This document shows, piece by piece, positions 13,001-25,000 of a DNA stretch of 64,000 nucleotides. The notes beneath the pieces are model-generated. The model searched no databases. It worked only from the letters and a program-made list of their open reading frames with translations, and had not been told where the DNA came from. A program made the translations under genes and the position numbers. Origin of the DNA: Squalus acanthias (lineage: Eukaryota); NCBI GenBank assembly GCA_030390025.1, contig CM059438.1:60886001-60950000 (forward strand), in the 5' to 3' direction. Position 1 is the first letter of the stretch. Each line of letters starts with the position of its first letter.

Positions 13001-16000
13001 GGTGGCAAATCACCCACCTCTGGTACAGAGTCAGATTTCACTAGACTGGCACAAACACAACCGAGTCGTGACCCTGGAGTACAGATGTGGGCGCCAAGAA
13101 TATTAGGAAGAAAAATATACATATTTATGATTCAACAGGGATAATTGGAATACAGGGTATGTCCGCTGGCCAGGAGGGAGACGGAGGTTGTCTGGGTATA
13201 GCTCCTGAACACGATACAGGGAGATGGGTTGAACAGTCTTTTTTCCTGTCAAATTCTTACATCACAATCCAGACTGGTTTTTAGAACATGAATAGGGGCA
13301 AAGTTATGATGCAGTCACAGATGGAACAGGATGGGTTAATACAGTAAAAGAACTGTTCAGGCCACAGGACAGCTGAGGACGTTCTTCATTCAGAACTGTG
13401 TATGTTAGGGAAAGAAACTGACGTGCATCAACTTACCCGTGCTCGGAGAGACAGGGGCTTCTGGTCCATCAGACGCTGGTACTGAATCAGCCAGTAATTC
13501 TCCTGACTGGTCTCGTGTTTCGTCTCCATTTCCATCTGAAAGGGAAACAAAATCAAACGGATACCGATCGGATACAACACCCCCCATCAGAATCCATCCC
13601 ATAATGCACAAACACATCACCCCCATCAGAATCCATCCCATAATGCACAAACACATCACCCCCCATCAGAATCCATCCCATAATGCACAAACACATCACC
13701 CCCATCAGAATCCATCCCATAATGCACAAACACATCACCCCCATCAGAATCCATCCCATAATGCACAAACACATCACCCCCATCAGAATCCATCCCATAA
13801 TGCACAAACACATCACCCCCATCAGAATCCATCCCATAATGCACAAACACATCATACCCCCCCATCAGAATCCATCCCATAATGCACAAACACATCACAC
13901 CCCCCCCATCAGAATCCATCCCATAATGCACAAACACATCACACCCCCCCCATCAGAATCCATCCCATAATGCACAAACACATCACCCCCCCCCCCCATC
14001 AGAATCCATCCCATAATGCACAAACACATCACACCCCCCCATCAGAATCCATCCCATAATGCACAAACACATCACCCCCCCCCATCAGAATCCATCCCAT
14101 AATGCACAAACACATCACACCCCCCCCATCCCACACATCAACCACCCTACTGGAGCTCAACTTGCTCCAACCCCAGTAATAAAAATGTAGCCCTTTCCAC
14201 TACAAGTACTGCACTGGACACTTCCTCCCAGCAACAGAATCCAAATCACCCCCACCCTCCCCTGGATGCCCAATTTAAAACTCCAAACCAACATATTAAT
14301 TAAGTCCAGCTCCTTCCTCTCTCGACAGACTGCGATGGGATGTGCATGGAATGACGCATGTGTGGACATTAATAAGGATGACATCCTTTACAGTATTTAA
14401 AACTGGAGACACGTCCTTACGTAATCACACTAAACTACAGCAACACACACATTCTGTATCCATGCAGGAAAGGCGTGCGTCAGCCCCCTCCCCCCAGGCA
14501 GCTTGAGGGTTAGGTCATTTGCTCCACAATCCCAGTAATATTGGCACCAACAGGATGAGCTTGGTTACAATCAAGAAAGGCTTGGAATAACTACTTTTAC
14601 AAGTGCCACAGATTTACTTAACTACACAACTCGAACAGACATTCATCAGCTCACACCGTGTGCCGTGTCCCCCGGGACGGGGACGGGGGGGGGGGGGGGG
14701 CATTGAATTACCATCAATGGGGGGTGGGGTATTGATGTGCTATCGATGGGGGTGGGTTGCCTTCTGTTGTGGCTGTTCCTTCTCCTTCATGCAGTTTCAG
14801 TGAAGTGCCTGGACACGTGTGAAAGTTTCGCACCATCATCCCGTTTGTCATTTAATCACTCCTGAATTCTACCCCATCACAGACCTTCCCTTTTGTTCTT
14901 TTCTTGTCCCCTTTTCCCGAGCTCTGTACTTGCTTAAAAGCTGTTCTTCCGGTTCTGATGAAGGGTCATTAACCTGAAACGTTAACTCTGTTTGTCTCTC
15001 CATAGATGCTGCCTGACCTGCTGAGTATTTCCAGCATTTTCTGTTTTTATTGCAGATTTCCAGCACCCACAGTATTTTTACTTTTTGAGTATAATTATAG
15101 AGAGGAACACAGGAACAGGAGTAGGCCATTGAGCCCCTCGAGCCTGTTCCGTTATTCAATGAGATCATGGCTGATCTGTATCCTAACTCCATCCACCCAT
15201 CCTGGCTCCATATCCCTTAATACCCATGGCTAGCAAAAATCTATCGATCTCAGATTTAAAATGATTAATTGAGCTAGAATCTACTGCTTTTTGTGGGAGA
15301 GAGTTCCACACTTCTACCACCCGTTGCATGAAGAAGCGTTTCCGAACGTCTCTCCTGAACGGTCTGGCTCTGATTTTAAGGTTATGTCCCCTTGGCCTAG
15401 ACTTTCCTTGCAGCAGAAAGGGTTTCTCGCCATCTCCCCTATGAATTCCTTTTAAAATCCTAAAAACCTCCACCTAATCACCCCTTAACCTTCTATATTC
15501 CAGGGAATACAAGCCTAGTTTATGTAATCTCGCCTCATAAATTAATCCTATAGAGCCAACTTTCCCAATTGGGGCTTTTTGACACTAGGGTGAAGTGCTG
15601 GTGATTACAGGCCAGCTACGACTGGTGGGAGCGATGAATTAAGAGCATCGCACAAGAAGTGTAGTGGTATCAATGTGCTAAATGTGCCCGGTGACAACAC
15701 TACAGGCAGTGTGTCCCAATCCGCCTGTGCAAAGTGTATCCCATGCGTCATTCTTCACACACACACACACACACGTACCAGCAGGTCCCGGAGCTCCCTC
15801 TCTCGCTGTTTCTTCTCTTTCAGCAGTTGCTGCAGGAGGTCACTCAGTGCCTGCCGCTCTTCCGTCAGTGTTTCCTGTCATGTGATAAAAGAGCCAATAA
15901 CAAGCGAAGAGGACAGACATACGGGCTCGCACGACAGAACAGGATGTGTTTGAGGGAATCGTGTCGCGCGAGCAACGGCATTCAACGCGTGAGAGAAAAG

Positions 16001-19000
16001 CCCCGAGGAAAACTACCCCGACAAGTAGGAGCAGCTCTAACGAGACACCCCTGGAAACGTGGAGTGAAGGAGGGGGGGGGGTTTCAGACACCGCTCAAAA
16101 CCAGAGGAGAAGGAAGGAGCGGAGGCAGCACAACGCGGCGGGGAAAGGGGGCGAGTGCATGGGTCAGAGGCCGGTGAGCACTTTCCAGGGAGGGCGCAGA
16201 ACATGAGCAGCTATGGGAACTCCCCAGGGGTGGGATAAACACATTCGCAGAGGTCGGGAGCAAGAGTTCGTGAACAGAAAAAACCCAATCTAAGCCAAGA
16301 GTGAAGGCTGGTTAAAAAAACCCGGAATGGGGCTGTAATCACTGAGGTGCTGAAAAGGACTTGGGGTATGAGTAGAGGAAGGGACAAGGGGGCGGAGAGC
16401 GCGGAAAGGGGGGAGACACAAGATGAGAAGACAACAGATACTGTGCAACCCTTTTGATGAAAGAATATAAACTGCGGGATGAAGCCACTGAACAAGCTGG
16501 AAAGAAGATTAAAACCTGTAGTGAATCAGTGCCCATAGATTAGAGACATACTGATAGCAGCACTATCACAGCTCTCGGGTTGCTACACAAGATTCAGGCT
16601 CGCCCACATCCTGTGCTGCTTTGAATGATTTCCCAGCGAAGAGAAGAAGCTGTCACAGGGCTGGGATTGTGGGTGTGTATCGGTGAGATTTCCGCCCTAC
16701 CTGAAGATTCTCCAAGTCACCCTCTCTTCTGTCTAACTCGATCTGTGTCAGCTGCATTAACTCATTCTCAATCAATTTGATCTGAATGGTTCAAAACAAA
16801 ACAAGAAATAGAATGGGTTGATTAGATACATGTAGATGAGATGAGGTCTGTTTACAACCCGCCAGCAGAGTGCTGAAGGGCTAAGCAGTGACAGAAATAA
16901 TTCCTGCAAATGTCGGATGGGATGGAGGATGAGGCGTTTGTTGAGATGCAGCAGGGAGCAGGCGGAGGGAGGCTGATTGCGCTCGGGGTGCGCTCACACT
17001 ACAGGTGGATCATGTGAACCAGTTTAACTTCGCACCAACCCTGCACTTAGAGTAAATGTATCGTCAACCCAGAGTCAGGGCCCGATACCAGACTCCCTGG
17101 AGGAGGGGGGGGGGCTCTTAACTCCAGATTAACACCACACAACTTTAGTGTTGGTGCGAAGGGGAATGTTAAACGTCTATAACTGTCGAGTGAAGTTTCT
17201 GACCCCGTCTACTCCGGTCTCTGTAACATCGCCCATCTCCGCCCCAGCCTCAGCTCATCTGCTGCTGAAATCTTGATCCATGCTTGTGTCACCTCCAGAC
17301 CAGACTATTCCAGGGCTCTCCTGGTCGCCCTCACATCTTCCACCCTCCATAAACTTCAGCTCATCCAAAATTCTGCTGCCCCGTGTCCTAATCCACACCA
17401 AGTCACCATTGTGCTTGCTGACCTACAATGGCTCCAAGTCCCCAAACAAATTTAAAATTCTCATCTTGTGCGTTAACCCCTTATCTCATCTCTTCCAGCC
17501 CTATAACCAACCCCCCTGAACTCTCCATTCCTCGGACTCTGGTCTATTGTGCACCCCCACCCCCTCCCAGGTTCTGAAATATCCTCCCTAACCCTCTCCA
17601 ACTCTCGCCACATTTTAAGACCCTCCTTAAAACCCACCTCTTACCAGCTTTTGGTTACCCCTCCCGCTATCCCCTTCTTTAGTATGATGTTCATTTTCTC
17701 CTTGCGTCTCTGTGAAGCGCCACGGGACATTTGTTGTAGGTTAAAGGCGCTTTATATAAATGCAAGTTGTTGTTGATCAAGTTAAATGGAATCAACAAAA
17801 ATAAATATGAAAAATAGGAAAGCTTCCGGAAATTTCCTGCTGCACAGGCCGATCCTCCCCCACCTGCGGGAGACCATCTCAATCCAGAATGGCACAAAAT
17901 TATCAGCTTTAGTGCAGTCGATACGGTTTATGAAAATCAGTTGAAAAGCTACCTTACCAAGTGCCACTTTTAGCTCTATTTGCCGTGCTGCTCCCACCTT
18001 GTCCAGTAATCGGTGGTTTCTCATGAACACAAGGTGTGTGTCAGTATGGCTCAAAGGTAGCACTCTCACCGGAGAGTCAGAAGGTCGTGGGTTCAGGCCC
18101 CACTCCAGAGACTTGAACACATTAGCTAGGCTGACACTCTGAGGGAGTGCTGCACTGTCGGCGGTGCCGTCTTTCTGAGTTAAACTGAGGTTATCTCTTC
18201 CTGTTCAGGTGGACATTAAAAGGGTAGTTTCCTGGCTCCAAACACCCGTCAGGGAGCCTCAACCACCAGAAGAACACAGTGGAAATTCAGGTGTGAGCAG
18301 TACATGAATATTCAACCATGTTGGAAAATTGTCCCCTTACAGATCCCGTGGTATTATTGGAAGAAGAAAATTATTTGGGAATTCTTTCAATGTCCTGTCC
18401 AGCATTCCTTTCTCCATCAAACCGCTCCCCCCCCAGATTAACAGGTCATTGCTGTTTGTGGCATCGTGCTGTGTGCAAAATGGCTGCCTCGTTCACCTAC
18501 ATAACAATAGTGATTGCGCTTCAAAGCTTTGGGATGTTTGAAAGGTGTGAGAAGGCACTGTATAAATACAAGTTCTCTGCAGTGACGGTGCCGGGGGATA
18601 GACTGTACCAGCAAGTCCACACTGGTCATTCGAAGCAGTGCAGGTAACATAGGCAGAGCTCCACGTTAATCAGAGTCGCAGCACGTGCGGCACAAAGCCT
18701 GAGAGACAACAAATCTTACACCAACAATGTTCGAATACTGCTTTCAGCTATTAATCTATGCATATGCCTTTCAAACACTAACCACATTTTATTAACTGAA
18801 GCGACATCAGTGCAACATGACGGGTAGCGACTTCGAAAGATAAAGCTCGAGGATCACAGGTGAAGCAGTAAAGAAACCCACCAGCAGGACCAATCCACAG
18901 CCCCAGAGAGCACGTCCCCCAGAGAGAGAGAGACTGCGAATCCAACTGCATAGGAATGCTCTCCTGACTGAAGGGAAGCAGAGCGATGTGGGGACGAGGG

Positions 19001-22000
19001 AGCCGGGGGAGCGAGCGGCCGGAGGGAGGGCGGGCGGGGGAGCGCAGGCAGGAGGCCGGGAGCCGGCCGAGAGCTGGGGGAGCGCTGGCGGGCGGCCGAG
19101 AGCGAGCGCGGGCGGGCGGCCGGGAGCCGGGGAGGGAGGCAGCTGAGAGCTGGGGGGCGGGCGGCCGAGAGAGAGAAAAAAATATGAGTGGGCGCATGAA
19201 AGGATTGCAAAAGAATGAAAGAGTGAGAGCAAGAGAGAATTAGACATAGAAAGAAAGGGGGCAAGAAAAGAGAAGAGCGAGGATCTCGAATGTGATTAGA
19301 GGTCACATGTGCTCAATGCCTGAGTTTGCTGGATGTGGCTAATTTGTACTGTGAGGCTAACTGGTAAAGTGTGCACTTCCCCGTTGGGGAAAACTGGTTT
19401 GTGCAGGGTGCTGTCACTTGCTCAGAAACTGAACGTTTGCTCGACCCTTCCTCCCCAACCATTGCACAGGCAAAAAAAACACTGAACTGGTTTCCAGGCG
19501 ATGATGGAGTTCCACCCTGACCCCGGGACTGTACCTATTGGACTGTGCTCACCTGGACTCTGATGCGAGTGTGCTTGCTGTCCTTCTTCATCTGCAGCGC
19601 TTCAAATGCCACCTTCTGCATCTCCGCCTGGAAACACAGAATTACATAGAATTTACAGCACAGAAATAGGCCATTCGGCCCAACAGGTCCATGCTGGTAT
19701 ATTATGTTCCACACGAGCCACCCCTCATCCTACTTCATCCAACCCTATCAGCATATCCTCCTAGTCCTTTCTCCCTCATGTCTTTATCTAGCTTCCCCTT
19801 AAAGGCATCGATGTTATTCACCTCAACTACTTCTTATGGTACCGAGTTCCACATTCTAGCCACTCTCTGGGTAAAGAAGTTTCTCCTGGGTAAACAAGAC
19901 AGACCCAACACATCTCCAGAGCTAAATGCAGAATGTTTTAATAAAAGGAGTCGTATCTAATTCCATTAAAATAAACCAAGTAAGTTACGTCAGCAACAAC
20001 CTTCGACTTATTAGCCGTCAGTTCTGACCATGGAGGACTCTGGGCAGTTTACAGCTATCCCATTACACAACGCTCTCGCCCTCCTCCTCTCTCCTGAAGG
20101 CACCTACTCTTGGTCCCACTAGCCCCAGCCACCCCTTTGGTACCTTGCTCAAGGCCCCTTATTTGTCTATGAGCCTAGTAGGGAGTATTGGCAGGCTATT
20201 CAACATCATAACCCAGCCTGATGCACTTCCCAACCCAAACATCAGCAGACAAGCAGGGGGGCAACTGGATAGCGGTCAGCAACTGGAACCATGGCCGATT
20301 TCCCCTTTTCTGTAGCCCAGAAGCAGAGGCCAACTGTAGCATCCCCTACCTTCAGCCTGGGGACCCTCTGTCAGCCATGGCTCAGTGGGTAGCACTCTCG
20401 CCTCGGAGTCAGAAGGCTATGGGTTCAAGTCCCACTCCTGAGACTTGAGCACATAATCTAGGTTGACACCTCAGAGCAGTACTGAGGGAGTGCAGCATTG
20501 TCGGAGGCGCCATCTTTTGGATGAGACGTTAAACCGAGGCCCCGTCTGTCCTCGCAGGTTGATGTAAAAGATCCCATGGCACTATTTCGAAGATGAGCAG
20601 GGGAGTTCTCCCTGGTGTCCTGGCCAATATTTATCCCTCAATCAAGATCACTAAAACAGATTATCTGGTCAATTATCTCACTGCTGTTTGTGGGACCTTG
20701 CTGTGCACAATTGGCTGCCTGCGTTTCCTATATAAATGCAAGTTATTATTTTGAAGCCTTTCCAGATGTTTGAGATGCGATGAGGCACTGCATAAACAAA
20801 ACGCTTTGTAAAAGGATCTTTCTTTAAAAGCCCCACTTACACCCTCAGCCTTGTTCAACACAAGCGCGACTGGGAGAGACGACAGTTCAGCTGCACGCAG
20901 AACACCAACTGAGACTTACCTCAGCCAGAATCTGCCCAATGGTCTTGTTCTGATCCAGCTGCTGCCAGGCCTGGACCTGCTGGAGTTTCCCATCCATTTC
21001 TGCCATGCTGTAAAACAGGAGCCGAGCTCAGGGTGACAGAGCCCATTGCTAGAGACGTCAGCTGAACAACACTCACACTCACAGTCCATTACACCCAGCA
21101 ATTTCATCTAACACCACCTCCCAGTGCTGCTCTGTAGCAGCCAGTTGGGCCGACTAGCCTGTTTGTGCTGCAGATTCTACGCAAGACACCAAACGCAGCT
21201 AAAGAGATGCCTCAAGGGTGGAGGAGAAGAAAATCTCCTCATTCCTTCTTCCACCAGTGCTTTTGTTAAGTCCTAACCCTTTGTGTATCTCCCCCCTTTC
21301 TGTTGAAACTGCCGGATCACTGCGGAGGTGGGAATTATCGATCCACCCCCTCAAGCTTCTGACTCATTCCCTACCCTACGGCTCATTGTTGGGCTTCACT
21401 GGTGACTCACCCACAAGTGGAAACAGTTTCTCCACATCCACCCTATCGAAACTCCTTCATGATTTTAACCTGGTCCGTGCCAGTGTTTATACTCCACGTG
21501 AATCTCCTCCCACTCTAATTCCCTCTTCCTACCCTGCCCCCTGTATCCCTCTATTCCCTTCCCCCTCATGTATGCATCAATACTCCCCTTAAATATGCTT
21601 CAACCATTCCACGCGACAGTGAGTTCCACATTCACACCATTATCTATCTAAAGAAATTCCTCCTAAGTTCATTATTTGATCGGTTAGTGAATATCTTACA
21701 TTTTTGCCCCCTTGTTCTGGACTGACCCACAAATGGAAACAGTTTATCCACATCCACCCTATCGAACCCCATCATAGGTTAAAGACCTCCATCAGGTCTC
21801 CTCTTAGTCTTATCTTTCCCAGCCTGCTCAATCTTCCCCGATGGTAGGTCACCGGCTGTTATTTTGTTTTTTCCTTCATCCCCTTTTCTTCCCTCTGCCA
21901 CTGACGGTGCTGGCTCTCGAGGTTCTCAGCTGCCCTCCAGTACCCCGGGGCCGGCCCCTGCCCCGCCCCGCCCCGCGCCTCTAGTAATGATTCATCCTTT

Positions 22001-25000
22001 GAAGGTGGGTCTGGACCTTTTGGGAGTCACTGTGTTGTCCCCTTTAACACGTTCACCGGTACGATTGGGCAATCACTCCGTCACAAACCGCTTCAGAGCT
22101 TGGATTAATATTTAGGAGCAAAACGCAAACCCAATAAACAAAGTGTCCCCGGCGGGTTAGTAGCGACACTCTCTCCCCCCACCCCCCACCCACCCATCCC
22201 CCACCACCGGCCCTGCCGGAAGCTGCTGGTTATTCCATACCTGGAGCTGGCCTCGTCCACCAGGTGTTGTCGCCTCGTCTCATAGACCATCTGCAGGATC
22301 TTGTTCATGGAGTTTTCGGAGAGCATCTCCTGCATCGCAGCTGCAAGACGTGAAGGGGCAAGAGGGGGCATGAGAACTTGCATTTATATAGCACCTTTAA
22401 CATAGTAAAACGTCCCAAGGCGCTTCACAGGAGCTTTATCAGACAAAATTTGACACTCCGCCATAAAAGGAGATATTAGGACAGACGACCAAAGCTTGGT
22501 CGAAGGGGTAGGTTTTAAGCAGCGTCTTAAAGGAGGAAAGAGAGGTAGAGAGGCGGACAGGTTTAGGCAGGGAATTCCAGAGCTTAGGGCCTTGGCAGCT
22601 GAAGGCATGGCCACCAATGGTGGGGTGAAGGAAATGGCGGATACACAAGAGGCCAGAGTTGGAGGAACGAAGAGTTCTCGGAGAGTTCTCGAAGGGTTGT
22701 AGGGCTGGAGGAGGTCACAGAGAATGGGAGGGGCGAGGCCATAGAGGGATTTGAACACGAGGTTTGTGGCCAAGGTGCCAATGTAGGTCAGCGAGCACAG
22801 GGGTGACGGGTGAACGGGACTTGGTGCGAATTAGGATACGAGCAGCAGTGAACGGAGTGTCCAGAACGCAACATGACGCTAGAGGCAGAGAGCGACAAGG
22901 CGTTACTCGAACCCACGACGCCACGGAGCAGAGGCTTCGCGGTAACTCACTGCGTCACCCAGTCCCCTTTCCGTTCATGTCCTCCCACCTGACGGCACCT
23001 TGTACCCAGCCCGGTGGCACAGGCAGGTTTCTCTGCTAGGCGACGGGACGGCAGGAACTCTGGGACACTCGCTGCCAGACCGCGCTCCCGGTTGAATGGA
23101 CGAGGTTCGCCATTAGTTAAAAAAGACCGTCGGGGAGGCCCCTCCATAGCTCACAGAACAGTTTGAAGAAACCGAAATTGAGAACACCTCCATCCCCTCC
23201 GCCTTTCTCCCCCACATTCAGCGCTCAGCAGCCGCATCCCTTTGCCGTGGCCATTCAGCGGGACGCTGGGGTGTGCCAACTCTCAACATGGTCACCGCTG
23301 CTCCAATTAAAAGACTTGCATTTAATAAGTGCCTTTCACGACCTCAAGATGTCCCAAAGCGGAGCCTAACTTGGCTCAGTTGGTATCACTCTCGCCCGAG
23401 TCAGAACCTTGTGGGTTCAAGTCGCACTCTAGAGACTTGAGCAGAAAATCTAGGCCGACACTCCTGTGCAGTGCTGAGGGAGGGCAACACTGTCGGAGGT
23501 GCCGTCTTTCGGATGAGACGTTAAACCGAGTGACTACACTTCAAAAAAGAACTTCATTGGCTGTAAAGCGCTCTGGGATATCCTAAGGTTGTGAAAAGCG
23601 CTAAATAATTGCAAGTCTTTTTTCTTAAAAGTGCTTTACAGCCAATGAAGTACTTTTGAAGTGTAGGTAGTCACTGTTATAATGGAGGAAATGCGGCAGC
23701 CAATTTGCGCACAGCAAGCTCCCAGAAGCAGCAATGAGATAAATGACCACATAATCTGTTTTCGCAATGTTGGTTGAGGGATAAATATTGGCCCGGACAC
23801 CGAGGTAGGGATAAAGAACTACCCTGCTCTTCTTGGAATAGTGCCGTGGGATCTTTTACATCCACCCGAGGGGGCAGACTGGGCCTCGGTTTAATATCTC
23901 ATCCGACAGGTGGCACCCCTGCCTCAGTACAACGCTGGAGTGTCAGCCTGGATTATGTGGTCAAGACTCTGGAGTGGGGCTCAAACCCATGACCTTCTGA
24001 CTCAGAGGCGAGCAAGCCTCTAGGAGACAGGCTGGGCTCAGCAGCTCGCCTCCCTACCCCAAGACGAGGGGGCTCAGCTGCCAGTTCGTGCCCAGCCCAG
24101 CAGCTCGACAGTGGAGAGCTGGAGCCGGGACTGCTCGCGTCACAAGGATATCAGATCCATGGCGAGCGAAGGAATTTTTTAAAAAATACACGGTCGCACA
24201 CAATTCGAGAATCCTAAATAAATGAAAGAAAATGTCAGGGTCAGAGGTTAAAGTGCATATTTCTGACCTGCCACCTCCTTCTTTCGCAGCCTCTCATTCT
24301 CCTCCTGTGTAATTGCCATCAGCTGCTCCATCCTCAGCCTGTAGGGAGACAGACAGGAGGGAAGGTTTACATCGAGTGAGGATCCCAACTGACGGCCTGG
24401 GAGTTGTTTAATTCGATTAGTAATATTCACCATTTCAAAGATTTTTTATCAACATGCAATAAAATAAACCCCTCCTAACGGTGCCCACAACAGCAACAGA
24501 CTCGACAGGCAGCCGGATTAACACTGCTCGGCAACACAGGGTCCCAGCTACGAGTAACACAGGGCGCTGGGGGAGGGGTTACTGAGTGACAGTGTAGGGA
24601 GCTGGATTAACATACAGAAAGTTCAGAGGGGAAGTGAAAAAGGAAATAAGAGGGGTAAAGAGGGAGTATGAGAATGACTGGCTGCTAACATAAAAAGGAT
24701 TCCAAAAGTCTTCTATAGGCATATAAATAGTAAATGGGTAGTAAGAGGAGGGGTGGGGCCGATTAGGGACCAAAATGGAGACCTATGCATGGAGGGAGAG
24801 GGCATGGCTGAGGCACTAAATGAGTACTTTGCATCTGTCTTTACCAAGGAAGAAGATGCTGCCAAAGTCATAGTGAAAGAGGAGGTAGTTGAGATACTGG
24901 ATGGGATAAAAATTGATAAAGAGCAGCTACTAGAAAGGCTGGCTGGGATGCATCCTAGAATGCAGAGGGAAGTAAAAGGTGGAAATTGCGGAGGTACTGG

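Noticed and set aside
11935..14130. Regular repeats resembling CRISPR arrays
   Set aside because: Units are head-to-tail with no unique spacers, there are no cas genes, and the context is a vertebrate intron.
18800..18860. Possible C/D snoRNA on minus strand (GTGATCC...CTGA)
   Set aside because: C box deviates from RTGATGA, there is no convincing terminal stem, and I recognise no guide target.
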